A DNA stretch of 64,000 nt. Source: Acidobacteriota bacterium. Its GTDB lineage: Bacteria > Acidobacteriota > UBA6911 > RPQK01 > JAJDTT01. Both the position numbers and the translations under genes were made by a program. Position 1 is the first letter of the stretch; every line of letters begins with the position of its first letter. Shown here piece by piece: positions 29,070 to 39,099 of the stretch. The stretch covers positions 3,296,001 to 3,360,000 of the forward strand of contig CBDCJH010000002.1 of the NCBI GenBank assembly GCA_965217775.1. Reading direction: 5' to 3'. The notes beneath the pieces are model-generated. The model was not told where the DNA came from, searched no databases, and was given only the letters and a program-made list of their open reading frames with translations.

Positions 29070-30070
29070 CGATCTTCATCTTCACGACCGACAACGGCTC
29101 GTCGGCCGGAGACCTCGTGTTCAACGCAGGCATGCGGGGCAGGAAGGGGAGCGAATACGATGGGGGCCATCGGGTGCCGTTCTTCATCCACTGGCCGGAA
29201 GGTGGCCTCATCGGCGGAAGGGACGTCGACCCCATCACAGCTCACGTCGACGTGCTGCCGACTCTGGCTGACCTATGTGGGATCCGGGCGCCGAAGGGCG
29301 TGAAGCTGGATGGGCGGAGCGTCCGCCCCCTGTTGTTCGGTGAGGCGGCCCCGGAGGATGGCAGTTGGCCCGACCGGATCCTGGTCACGGACTCGCAGCG
29401 GGTCAAGGATCCACTCAAGTGGCGCAAGAGTTCGGTCATGACGAGCCGCTGGCGGCTGGTCAATGGAGAAGAGCTCTACGACATCAAGTCCGACCCTGGC
29501 CAACGGCAGGACGTCGCCCCGTCGCATCCGCAGGTGGTGGCACGCCTGAGGGACTTCTACGAATCCTGGTGGGCCGAGTTGGAGCCGACCTTTCGGCAGG
29601 ACGCCCGGATCTATCTGGGACACGAAGCGGACAATCCGACGACTCTGACCAGTCACGACTGGATCGCCACGGACTATACCCCCTGGAACCATTCCCACAT
29701 CCGCGATGCCCTGACCGGTGCCGGCCACATCGGTCACTGGAACGTCCACGTGGCCCAAAAGGGCGACTATGAGTTCCGCCTGCGTCGCTGGCCGGCAGCA
29801 GCGGACACGCCGATCACGACCGGCCTCGACCCCGGCGAACCGGTCCCGGGCGAGCCGGCCTTCCGGACCACGCCGGGGAAGGCTCTGGCGATCGTGAAGG
29901 CTACCTTGGAGATCGCTGACCGGGAAGTGGAGAAACCCGTCGCCCCCGGTGCCAACGACGTCGTCTTCAACCTGAATCTGAGCCCCGGCCCCGCCACGCT
30001 GACGGCCCGCTTGATCGCCAGGGAAGGCCAAGCCTACGGGGCATACTATGTGTCGGTGAAGAGACGGTGA
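29070..30070 (+). pseudogene. 5'-truncated copy of the arylsulfatase at 1-1377
   Basis: Homology begins abruptly at IFIFTTDNG; the catalytic N-terminal part is missing. Confidence 0.85.
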
Positions 30071-30166
30071 AGCCGGTCCCACCCCGACGCGCGCAGTGAG
30101 AAGCTCAGTGGAGAACGTCATCGGCACCCGCAACGGATGCCGGGTTCGTGCCAGCCTTCCTATCAA

Positions 30167-30325
30167 CAGTCCGCGGCAAAAGTACCGCGTCGCACCGCCC
30201 CCGGGGCTACGCTCGACGACAAGGCGCGACGAGGAAGCAGACTCGACCGGATGTGCCCGGGGAGCAACGCATTCCGCCGGAATGCAGACCCGGTCGAATG
30301 CCGTGACGACGTTGGCCCCGGGCTG
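30167..30325. mobile_element. MITE-A, diverged copy
   Basis: Ends cagtccgcggcaaaagt / acgttggccccgggctg; internal caaggcgc...gcaacgca; flanks tcaa/tcat. Confidence 0.7.
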
Positions 30326-30376
30326 TCATCCCGCTTACCCGACGAGTTGGAGCGGACGGCAGACTTTCAGTCGAGA

Positions 30377-31852
30377 TCACAACGTCCAACCGGGACGATA
30401 TTCCCGCCTGAGCAGCGCGTTGGCCGCCGGAGAGTCGGTGACCTGCAAATTGGCGGCGTCCCAGTCGAGTTTGGCGCCGGTGCGGTAGGCGAGGCTACCC
30501 AGCATGACCGCCTCCGAGATGGGGCCGGAAGCGCCGAAGTTGCAGCTCGTCGCGCTCCCGGTCTTACAGGCGGCAATCCACTCGGCGCGATGGCCGACTT
30601 CAGCCGTACGACGCCAGTCCGGGTGAGCCTTGTAGGCGGCCACCCATGGAGCGCGAAGACCGATTTCCGCACCGATCGACGGCGGGAGGTTCGGCTCGGG
30701 CGGCTTGAAGTCCGCGAACTTTTCGGCGGGCCAGAGCATCCGCTGCCCGTAGCTTGCCAGCAGCATTCCCTCGGTGCCCACGAAGACGCCCCAGGGCCAG
30801 TCGGGAAACTCGTTCTCCGCAAAAACTGCCGGTGGTTGAGTTCCATGTGTCCAGGTCAGCGTGACCGGCGGCATCTCTCCGCGGGCCGGGAAACGGTAGC
30901 GGACGTGAAGCTGGCCGGGTGTCGTCTCGGGGTGAGGTGGCTGCCCCTCGGCCTCCACTGAGACCGGATAGCGAAGATTCAGAGCCCGGAAGGCCAACGT
31001 CAGGTAGTGGCAGCCCATGTTGCCGAGATTTCCGGAGCCGAAATCCCACCACCGATGCCAGTTGCCGCCGCAACCGCGGGAATAGGTGGGATGATAGGGG
31101 CGGTAAGGCGCCGGCCCCAGGAAAAGATCCCAGTGAAGCCCTTTGGGGATGGGCGGCGTCTCCGTCGGGCGGTCACTTGGGCCGCGTCCCGAGCGGAGCC
31201 AGATATGGCATTCCTCCACCTCGCCGATGGCTCCGGTACGGATCAGTTCGACGACGCGGCGGTGGTTGTCCGAGGCGTGCATCTGGGTTCCCAATTGTGT
31301 CGCCACCTGCTGCTCGGCAGCCACCTTGGCCATCATGCGGGCCTCGAAGACCGAATTGGCTCCCGGCTTCTCGCAGTAAACGTGCTTGCCGAGCCGCATC
31401 GCCGCGACACTCGCCGGAGCGTGGTTGTGGTTTGGAGTACTCACCACCACGGCGTCGATCTGGCGGCCGAATTCGTCGAGCATCCTCCGGTAATCGTTGA
31501 ATTTCTTTGCTCCTCCATAGCGGGCGAAGGCGTGGCTCGGAGGATTCCGGCGTCCTGGAGTCAATTCGGCCGCCGCCCGTTCGTCCACGTCGCAGAGAGC
31601 CACGATGTTCTCCCCGGTCATTTCCGGCTGCGAGGACGGCTTGACTCTCATGCCCGACTGGAATTCCACGTTTTCCCCCGCGATGTGGGCGAGGTTCCAT
31701 CCCCCCATTCCGCCGGCGCCGACAACGGCGACATCAAGCTTCTCATTGGCCGGGTAGCCCCAAACCGAACCGCTGTTCCGGAGAATCACCAACCCCGCCG
31801 CTGCACGGCCCGCAGTGCTGAGAAAATGTCGGCGCTTCCACTGGTTCGTCAT
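30377..31852 (-). CDS. Tat-exported Gfo/Idh/MocA oxidoreductase
   Basis: KRRHFL leader, VVGAGGMG, ALCDVD, HVYCEKP, WDLFLGPAP, DFGSGNLGNMGCH. Confidence 0.9.
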   Translation of the reverse strand: MTNQWKRRHFLSTAGRAAAGLVILRNSGSVWGYPANEKLDVAVVGAGGMGGWNLAHIAGENVEFQSGMRVKPSSQPEMTGENIVALCDVDERAAAELTPGRRNPPSHAFARYGGAKKFNDYRRMLDEFGRQIDAVVVSTPNHNHAPASVAAMRLGKHVYCEKPGANSVFEARMMAKVAAEQQVATQLGTQMHASDNHRRVVELIRTGAIGEVEECHIWLRSGRGPSDRPTETPPIPKGLHWDLFLGPAPYRPYHPTYSRGCGGNWHRWWDFGSGNLGNMGCHYLTLAFRALNLRYPVSVEAEGQPPHPETTPGQLHVRYRFPARGEMPPVTLTWTHGTQPPAVFAENEFPDWPWGVFVGTEGMLLASYGQRMLWPAEKFADFKPPEPNLPPSIGAEIGLRAPWVAAYKAHPDWRRTAEVGHRAEWIAACKTGSATSCNFGASGPISEAVMLGSLAYRTGAKLDWDAANLQVTDSPAANALLRREYRPGWTL

Positions 31853-31904
31853 TGTTACTTCTCCATCATTATCTGGCCATTCCGTGAGAATTGACTCGGA
31901 TTAA

Positions 31905-32064
31905 CAGTCCGTGGTGACAGTTCCGCGAGCACCGAGACCGTTCCTGCGCCCGCCGGACAAGGCGCAACGGAGGGAGCATATCGGGCGTATTTGACCGAAT
32001 CGCAACGCAGTCCGCGCACGATGCAGGGACGGTCGAATGCCGCGACGACTTTTGCCACGGGCTG
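31905..32064. mobile_element. MITE-A with TTAA target duplication
   Basis: Imperfect 18-bp terminal inverted repeats cagtccgtggtgacagtt / gacttttgccacgggctg; TTAA on both sides. Confidence 0.85.
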
Positions 32065-32163
32065 TTAAGGGTGAGTATTGGAAATCCGTCATAGAGGTGG
32101 CATGGATTTTGGACAACTCAGCAATATTGCTCCAACGCCCGAACCTGGGTCAATCGCGGAAGC

Positions 32164-32184
32164 AAAAGACTGTCCCCTTTTCGG
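32164..32184 (+). repeat. GACTGTCCCCTTTTC motif, copy 1
   Basis: aaaagactgtccccttttcgg. Confidence 0.8.
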
Positions 32185-32190
32185 GTGAGC

Positions 32191-33273
32191 TCACTCAGGT
32201 AAACACCTCTCGAAAAAGCGCTGCCAGTTGGCGTACATCACGTTGGCGATGTCCTCGGGTTTCCAGTTGCGCCTTACCAGAGTCTCGGCGATCTTCGGGT
32301 AATCGGCTACGGTGTCGATCCCGCCGGGCGCCCCGGCCAGACCTCCCTGCCCGTCAGTGTCGCCGCCGATAGCGGCGTGGAGGGTGCTGCCGGCCAATTC
32401 GCAGATGTGCTCGATGTGATCGGCGGCGTCCTCCAGCGTCACCTCCTCCCTTGCGAAGGGGCGAGCGCGGCCCATTCCGGGTGTGGCCCAATCCAGCCTC
32501 TGGGTGCGGTGGAGCATCCAGGTGTCCAGCGAGACCCCGATCACTCCTCCCCGCTCGATGACCGCTCGTAGCTGCCGGTCCGAAAACTGCCGTTCCCCCG
32601 GGACCAGAGCGCGGCAATTCTGGTGGCTGGCCAGGACCGGCCCCTGGAACAGTTCCAGGGACTGCCAGAATCCCTCGTCGGAGATGTGGGTCAGGTCCAG
32701 GATCATTCCGGTCCGCTCCATTTCCGCCAGCAACGGCCGCGCCGGTGGAAACAACCCTCCGGGACAGCCCGTCCCGTGCGCGTAACTGCTGGGGCCGTAG
32801 TGGGTCAGGCTCACGACTCGGAGTCCCCAGTCCCACCACAGGGACAACTGCTCGGGCCAGAGAATGGGATCGGCCCCCTCCATCCCCAGGACCACGCCCA
32901 CGGCTCGTCCGGCCGTTTCGGCCGCATCTGTCCATTCCTCCATGTGGCGGCTGAATTCGGACCGGGTCTCGAGAATCCGGATTTCTCCACGGGCCGCCAG
33001 GACCTGATAGAAGGCGAGGTGACCGCGGGCGGCGGCATGGGCCAAGTCCCCACTACGGTAGCCCCGGAGGGGACTGCCTTCTCTTTCGATCCGAGCTACC
33101 ACCTTGACCAGCGCGCCCGCAATCCCACCCCGTCTCATCTCGGGCAGGGTGGCCAGGACCAGATTGCCCGAGTCCGGGTCGGCCCGGCGCACCGCCTCGA
33201 CGGGCAGGGTCAGATCCCGGTTCAACTCCAGGGCACTGTAAGCCATCGGGTAGTCGCCATCGAAAATGAGCAT
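32191..33273 (-). CDS. Membrane dipeptidase (M19), close paralogue of 16571-17659
   Basis: Collinear, with most residues identical. Confidence 0.85.
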   Translation of the reverse strand: MLIFDGDYPMAYSALELNRDLTLPVEAVRRADPDSGNLVLATLPEMRRGGIAGALVKVVARIEREGSPLRGYRSGDLAHAAARGHLAFYQVLAARGEIRILETRSEFSRHMEEWTDAAETAGRAVGVVLGMEGADPILWPEQLSLWWDWGLRVVSLTHYGPSSYAHGTGCPGGLFPPARPLLAEMERTGMILDLTHISDEGFWQSLELFQGPVLASHQNCRALVPGERQFSDRQLRAVIERGGVIGVSLDTWMLHRTQRLDWATPGMGRARPFAREEVTLEDAADHIEHICELAGSTLHAAIGGDTDGQGGLAGAPGGIDTVADYPKIAETLVRRNWKPEDIANVMYANWQRFFERCLPE

Positions 33274-33278
33274 CCCCT

Positions 33279-33480
33279 TCAGCCTCCCTTCCCTGGGATC
33301 CTGGCTATCCTCAGGGCCGTCGTCTGTCCGGCATCGATCGACTGGTCCTTGTCCAAAACCACTCCGTAGACCTTCCGTGCCGTCGCCGCCGAGGAGATCC
33401 CTTCCCCGAAAACCTCACGGACGCCTTCTCGGGAAAGATCACCAGGAACGCTCCCATGGCTGCGTCGAGGACCGCCCGGA
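33279..33480 (-). pseudogene. Hydantoinase B/oxoprolinase-like 3' remnant
   Basis: VREVFGEGISSAATARKVYGVVLDKDQSIDAGQTTALR resembles the family C-terminus; a homologous remnant lies at about 17660-17780. Confidence 0.5.
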
Positions 33481-33492
33481 AGAAACACGGAA

Positions 33493-33517
33493 GAAACAGA
33501 CTGTCCCCTTTTCGGTC
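33493..33517 (+). repeat. GACTGTCCCCTTTTC motif, copy 2
   Basis: gaaacagactgtccccttttcggtc. Confidence 0.8.
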
Positions 33518-33619
33518 TCTCTCCAGGTTCGGCGATGATCTCTTGACTTTCAAGCAAACCACGCAGAACCGATGTCGGTTCAAGGTTCCAGAAACCACAG
33601 ATCTTTGGGGACGAACGCC

Positions 33620-33751
33620 GATGATGCTCCGGACGATTGTCCCTCTGCCGGCGCTCCTCGCCGTTATGCCTGCTGTCCCTGGGCAGGCAAGCCGATCCGT
33701 CTCCGGTTCGTCATGAAGGACGCCGACCTCTACCCTCTCCGGTTGCGGTAG
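33620..33751 (+). pseudogene. Chimeric stub: 5' end of a sulfatase joined to the 3' end of a family P gene
   Basis: 33620-33676 matches 50636-50692; 33686-33751 matches 27103-27168. Confidence 0.75.
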
Positions 33752-33933
33752 GACCTGGCATCCACTTCCCATCCGAGGGAGCGCAACGGCACCCGGGAGA
33801 CGGGAGCATCCGGACAAAGTCGAGAGAAACGACACCGGGCACGCAATGACCAAGATGGCGGAAATGACTCGTCTCCTGACCCCGTTCGCTGTTTGACTTG
33901 ACAGGATCGTCGAGGATCTGCCAGTTCTCCTGC

Positions 33934-35283
33934 GTGCCTACCCGGCTCCTGACCCTCCTCGTCATCATGACCGCCGCGTCGGTCGTTGCCTGCACGGTGG
34001 AGACCGGCTCCCGGCGGGACCGCCCCAACATCGTCCTGATCCTGGCGGACGATCTGGGCTACGAAACCCTGGGCGCCTACGGAGGGCGCTCCTACTCGAC
34101 GCCGATGCTGGACCGCCTGGCCCGTCAGGGGATTCGTTTCGACCACGCCTATTCCCAGCCGCTCTGCACGAACACCCGCGTGCAGTTGATGACGGGCCGC
34201 TACCAGCACCGCTACTGGCAGGGCTTCGGAATCCTGCCGAAAGGGGAGAGGACCTTCAGCCATCTCATGCAGGAGGCGGGCTACCGGACGCTGATCTCCG
34301 GGAAATGGCAGCTGCACAGCTATGATCCCGCGGACTATCCCGGTGCGGCGGAGAGACGGGGAACGGGTATGCGGGGCGCCGAGTCGGGATTTGACGAGTA
34401 TCTGCTCTGGCACGCCTGGCATACCGAGGACAAGGGATCACGGTATGCGGATCCCACCTATGACCTCAATGGAAAGCTGGTTCGGGCGCAGACGGGGGCT
34501 TACGGGCCGGATCTCTTCGTGGACTACATCAACGATTTCGCAGAGCGGAACCGCGACCTTCCGTTCTTTGTCTACTACCCCATGGCGCTCCCGCACGGCC
34601 CCTTCGTACCCACTCCGGACAGCCCCCAATGGCAGCAGGAATCCCGGCGCCACGAATCGGACCCGGCCTACTTTGCCGACATGGTCGCCTACATGGACAA
34701 GCTGGTCGGAAGGATCGTGGCCCACCTGGACCGGCTGGGTCTGCGCCGACAGACTCTGGTCCTGTTCTATGCCGACAACGGCACCCACAGGATGATTTCT
34801 TCGCAGCTTGGAAACCGGACGATCCAGGGCGGAAAGGGAAAGACGACCGATGCCGGAACTCGAGTGCCGATGATCGCCAGTTGGCCCGGCACGGTTCCGG
34901 CCGGCGTGGTCTCACAGGATCTCATCGACTCGGTCGATATCTACCCGACGCTGGCGGAGCTGGCGGGCATCCGGCTCCCAGGCCAGTCCCTGGTCGACGG
35001 CGTCAGTTTTGCGGATCGGCTATGGGGACGGGACGGGGATCGCCGCGACTGGATCTTCATGCACTTCGAACCGAGGCCGGGATGGGACAAGGACAAGTAC
35101 GCGCAACTCACGTTCGTCCGCGATCGGAAATACAAGCTGTACGGCAACGGAGAGCTCTACGACATCGAATCCGACGGCCTGGAAGCCAGCCCCATCCAGG
35201 TGTCCCAACGCACCGAGGAGCAACGGCGGATCTCCGAGAGGTTTCGGACCATCCTGGAAAGGCTTGAGGGCCGGAAGAAATGA
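33934..35283 (+). CDS. Sulfatase with CTNTR motif, paralogue of 27444-28793
   Basis: Same length from the equivalent GTG; collinear. Confidence 0.9.
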   Translation: MPTRLLTLLVIMTAASVVACTVETGSRRDRPNIVLILADDLGYETLGAYGGRSYSTPMLDRLARQGIRFDHAYSQPLCTNTRVQLMTGRYQHRYWQGFGILPKGERTFSHLMQEAGYRTLISGKWQLHSYDPADYPGAAERRGTGMRGAESGFDEYLLWHAWHTEDKGSRYADPTYDLNGKLVRAQTGAYGPDLFVDYINDFAERNRDLPFFVYYPMALPHGPFVPTPDSPQWQQESRRHESDPAYFADMVAYMDKLVGRIVAHLDRLGLRRQTLVLFYADNGTHRMISSQLGNRTIQGGKGKTTDAGTRVPMIASWPGTVPAGVVSQDLIDSVDIYPTLAELAGIRLPGQSLVDGVSFADRLWGRDGDRRDWIFMHFEPRPGWDKDKYAQLTFVRDRKYKLYGNGELYDIESDGLEASPIQVSQRTEEQRRISERFRTILERLEGRKK

Positions 35284-35320
35284 CCGCGGGACGCCGATCT
35301 GGCTGCGCCTGCGGCCTCGA

Positions 35321-35929
35321 TCCATCGGCATTACCCAGCTTCTCCAATACTATCAGTCCGTGGTGAAAGTCCCGCGAGCACCGAGACCGTTCCTGCGCCC
35401 GCCGGACAAGGCGCGATTCGGGTGCATACCGGGAGTATGTGCCCGAATCGCAACGCAGTCCGCCGGGATGCAGGGACGGTCGAATGCCGTGGCGACTTTT
35501 GCCACGGGCTGCTATGGGCCTCTCCGCCACCCCGGCGGCCCAGGCTGGCCCTCGCGGGTTCCCGGTTGACGCGTGCCACGCCACCGGCGGGGCTTCCCGT
35601 GTTGCTACCCTCTCCCTCTTGTCCACATGCCACCGCCACTACCCCGGCGGAACCGGCCGGTGCTTACGTCGCTCGCTTCCCGGCCGCTGCCAGCCTTCGT
35701 GCGTATCTCAGGCGGGTCGGCTTCCGCATTGCCCGTTTCGAGGCCTGCGCAGCGTTCGCTCAAGCTACGGCCTGCGGACTCGCTGAGTCGCCCGAGGCGA
35801 CCCTTTGGCATCGGAGTGCTTCAGTCCAATTCGTTACCTCCTTGAACCGCTCCGACTGCTACCGGCTGGAGCGACAGTTGCCGGGCGAGTTTCGCACCCG
35901 CTAGGAGAAAGCGCCTTTCCATGGCGTAC
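35321..35929 (-). mobile_element. Group II intron 5' remnant (domains I-III), no RT ORF and no domains V/VI
   Basis: Minus strand starts GTACG; contains GCGGGTGCGAAACTCGC, GGAGGTAACGAA, AACACGGGAAGCCCC, GGCGGAGAGGCCCATAG-TA..GAAGCTGGGTAATGCC, typical of bacterial group II DI-DIII. Confidence 0.8.
35354..35511. mobile_element. MITE-A with CTAT target duplication, nested in the intron remnant
   Basis: Terminal inverted repeats cagtccgtggtgaaagtc / gacttttgccacgggctg; CTAT on both sides. Confidence 0.85.
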
Positions 35930-36071
35930 TGAGAAATGCGGGCCAGGGCCGCTGCCCGTCTTCGCCACCCAGGCTTGACTCCCCGCAGGGTTCCGATGAA
36001 GACTTGTCTTCAAACGCGAGCGGTCCTCTTAACCCGGTCCCTGGCTGGCGCGGCGCTGCAGATAAGGCTCG

Positions 36072-36773
36072 ATGAAGCGGCTCTTGTCATTTTCTGCGAT
36101 TGCATTCCACATCTTGGCCGCCTCTTGTCCGTCCGTGAGGATGGCAAGGGCGGCAACTCCGTTCGCCACCGATCTGTTTGTCGGCGGGCAGGGCGGCTAC
36201 CACGCTTATCGAATCCCGGCGATGATCGTCTCGCCGCAGGGCTCGCTGATCGTCTTCTGCGAGGCTCGCAAGTCGAGCCTGTCGGACCACGGGGATATCG
36301 ACCTGCTCCTGCGGCGTAGCGAAGACGGCGGCAGGACTTGGCTGGCGCCGCGGCTGGTGATCGAGGAAGGCGGAGACGCCCCGATCAAGTACGGCAATCC
36401 CACGGCAGTCGTCGATCGGGAAACGGGCTCCATCTGGTTGGCAGTCAATCGCGATTACCTCGACCCACGTGGCCGGCGTCAGGGAGGAAGACCCCTTCTC
36501 CTTCGCAGCGACGACGACGGAAACAGTTGGTTGAACCCGATAGACATATACGGCGCAGACGAAAAAACCGGTTGGAAGCATTACGCATTCGGCCCCGGCA
36601 TCCGCATTCAACTGCAGCACGGCCGGCACCAAGGCCGGCTCATCCTGCCGGCCAACTATCGAGAGTCATTCGACAAACGGCAACCAAGTCGGTCCCACGT
36701 CATCTTCAGCGACGATCACGGCAGATCATTGAATGCCGTTGCGGCATTGGGAGAAAGACCGGACAGGTACTGA
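36072..36773 (+). pseudogene. Sialidase-like (GH33/BNR) protein, 3'-truncated
   Basis: YRIPA motif; Asp-boxes SEDGGRTW, SDDDGNSW, SDDHGRS; ends at 233 aa, too short for a full propeller. Confidence 0.7.
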
Positions 36774-36788
36774 AGAAAGGAGACGCCC

Positions 36789-39098
36789 ATGTTCAGACAC
36801 CTGCAACGAGTGTTGGCGGCGGCGGCCGTGGTGCTGCCTGCGCTAGCCTCGACGCCTCTGGACCGTCCGCCCCGGCAGGATGAGCAGACGTTCCTGCTGC
36901 TGCATCTGGACGAGCCGGACGAAGGAATAGCGGTCGCCGACAAGGTGCTGGTGGATCCCGTCTACGTGCGGATGGAGGCCCGGCACCAGCAGGGACGTTT
37001 CGGTGGAGCTCTGAAGTTCGTAGGTCGGCCAGGTCTCCGCCAGTGTCTGTTGGTTTCTCTGCCCCAGCCGCAATATCTGACCCGTCACACCCGCAAGCGT
37101 CCACCCATCCGCTTCGCGGATGTCGAAGTGCCGGTGGTCCTCATGGACAACCAGAGGGGCTACACCATCGAGTTCTGGATGCTTCCCCAGGCCCGGCAGG
37201 CGCAGGTCATGCTGGCGGGGGTCAACTCGGCGACCTGGGTCCCCACATCCTCCTGGAAGGTGGAAATCACCGGGCAAGGGCGGTTGCGTTTCGCCAGCGG
37301 AGCCGGCCTCCACCGTTTTTACATGGAGAGCGAGAAGCCAGTCGCCATCGGCCGCTGGACCCACGTGGCCGTGGTCTGCGACAGGGGCAACGTGGGCATT
37401 TATCTCAACGGCCGCCGGTCCGGTCCGTTTCGGCGGATGGAACTGGCAGAGCGCCAGGGGGTGGGCGAGCCCGGAAGCGACGGCTCCATCCTGTGTGTCG
37501 GCGGTCCCGGGCCGGACGCCCAAACCGGCTTCTTCGACGGCCTGATCGATGAGGTCCGCCTTTCCACGGCGCCGCGCCGTTTCGAGCCCGATCCCGCCAT
37601 CCTGATCGGCAACGGCAAGGAGCTGTTCCTGGATGATTTTCTGCTGGCTCGAATGGAGGGGATCGAACGGGTCGTGAACCAACCTGAGCGCTACCCGGGC
37701 AACCCGCTGCTGACGGCCAAGGGCGACTGGGAAGCCGGCTCCATGCAACAGTTCGGAACCCTCTATGATCCCCGGCTGCAATTGTTCCGAACCTGGTACC
37801 GGGCCAACAACAGCGAGGACAACCAGATGAGCATGTGCTACGCCGTGAGCCGCGACGGCCTTCGGTGGGAGCAGCCGGTGCTGGGTCTGGCGGAATATCG
37901 AGGCTCGACGCGGAACAACATCGTCACGCCGAAGCGGTCCTTCTTCGTGTTCCTGGACCCTCTGGCCCGGCCAGGCGAGGGGAACATCTGCGCCAGCGCG
38001 AAGATGCTTTACGGGTCCGACCGGGGGACCTTCAAGCAGATCCTCCTGCGCTCCCCCGACGGACTCCACTGGCCCTGGGGGCCGGTGCGGAACATGAGCG
38101 GCTACCAGGGTTGGCCCTACAGCCGCATCCGCCGCCAGGAAGCCGTCATGGCCACCGACCGGCCGCTCATGCAGAATCCAGTCTACTTCGCCCGCCTCGA
38201 CAAGATGACGGTGATCGCCAACGAGGGCGAGGGGTTGAAGGACCGGGTCTATGCCCGCATCGGGTGGGACCTGACCCACTGGCAGGACCCGGTCTTGACG
38301 GACCTGAAGCGGAGCGAAAAAAACAATCTGGGCTGGTACGGCATCCGGACCAAGGACGAGTCCAGCGTCCTGGTGGGATTCACCGACGCCTACCACAATG
38401 AGCAGAATCCGGATCCCCGCTGGAGGAGCCTGGGGCCCGAGGCCTACCAGGACAAGCCCAGCGCCTGGCTCGACATTCAGCTCATCAGTTCGCGCGACGG
38501 CTACCGTTGGCAGCACGTGGCGGACCAGGATGTGTTCCTGCCGGTGGGTCCGGAGGGCGCCTGGGACGAGGGGATGGTGCTGTACGCACAGGCCGTCGAG
38601 CCTCCGGGATCGGACCGGATCTACCTCTACTACCAGGGCTCGCCCGTCCGCCACGACATGACCGATGCCGGATGGCTCCAGTGGCACGCCCGTTCCCAAC
38701 GACCCTCAAACAACATGGGCGTCGCGTTTCTGAGGAAGGAGGGCTACGTCAGCCTGGAGGTGAAGCCGGATGCGGCCGAAGGCGTGGTCGAAACCCGGCC
38801 GCTCCGATACCGGGGACGGCACCTCTTCGTCAATGCCGACGCCTCGAAGGGCGCGGTCCAGGTGGAACTCTGCGACGAGACGGGGAATCCCCTGTCCGGG
38901 TTCGGACGGAAGCGGGCCCTGCCGTTGACGACGGACGTGACGAACCATCTCATTCGCTGGGGCCAAGAGAGCGACGTCTCGCGGTTTGCGGGCCAGGCTG
39001 TGGTCCTTCGTTTCCACCTGACACCGGGCGCAAAATTGTACGCGTATCGCTTTGGTGGGCCCGACCCCCACCTGGATCTCGAGCGCCGGGAGCCGTAG
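36789..39098 (+). CDS. LamG-like jellyroll plus beta-propeller glycosidase-like protein
   Basis: TIEFW, WTHVAVV, IYLNG, FDGLIDEVRLS; then ELFLDDFL, SRDGLRWEQP, LRKEGYVSL, LRFHL..AKLYAY. Confidence 0.75.
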   Translation: MFRHLQRVLAAAAVVLPALASTPLDRPPRQDEQTFLLLHLDEPDEGIAVADKVLVDPVYVRMEARHQQGRFGGALKFVGRPGLRQCLLVSLPQPQYLTRHTRKRPPIRFADVEVPVVLMDNQRGYTIEFWMLPQARQAQVMLAGVNSATWVPTSSWKVEITGQGRLRFASGAGLHRFYMESEKPVAIGRWTHVAVVCDRGNVGIYLNGRRSGPFRRMELAERQGVGEPGSDGSILCVGGPGPDAQTGFFDGLIDEVRLSTAPRRFEPDPAILIGNGKELFLDDFLLARMEGIERVVNQPERYPGNPLLTAKGDWEAGSMQQFGTLYDPRLQLFRTWYRANNSEDNQMSMCYAVSRDGLRWEQPVLGLAEYRGSTRNNIVTPKRSFFVFLDPLARPGEGNICASAKMLYGSDRGTFKQILLRSPDGLHWPWGPVRNMSGYQGWPYSRIRRQEAVMATDRPLMQNPVYFARLDKMTVIANEGEGLKDRVYARIGWDLTHWQDPVLTDLKRSEKNNLGWYGIRTKDESSVLVGFTDAYHNEQNPDPRWRSLGPEAYQDKPSAWLDIQLISSRDGYRWQHVADQDVFLPVGPEGAWDEGMVLYAQAVEPPGSDRIYLYYQGSPVRHDMTDAGWLQWHARSQRPSNNMGVAFLRKEGYVSLEVKPDAAEGVVETRPLRYRGRHLFVNADASKGAVQVELCDETGNPLSGFGRKRALPLTTDVTNHLIRWGQESDVSRFAGQAVVLRFHLTPGAKLYAYRFGGPDPHLDLERREP

Positions 39099-39099
39099 C

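Noticed and set aside
35422-35904. ORFs of 68-160 aa over this region
   Set aside because: They are translations of MITE and intron RNA sequence
35321-35929. Active retroelement, DGR or retron
   Set aside because: No reverse transcriptase ORF; differences between duplicates are not adenine-specific, so they are not TR/VR pairs
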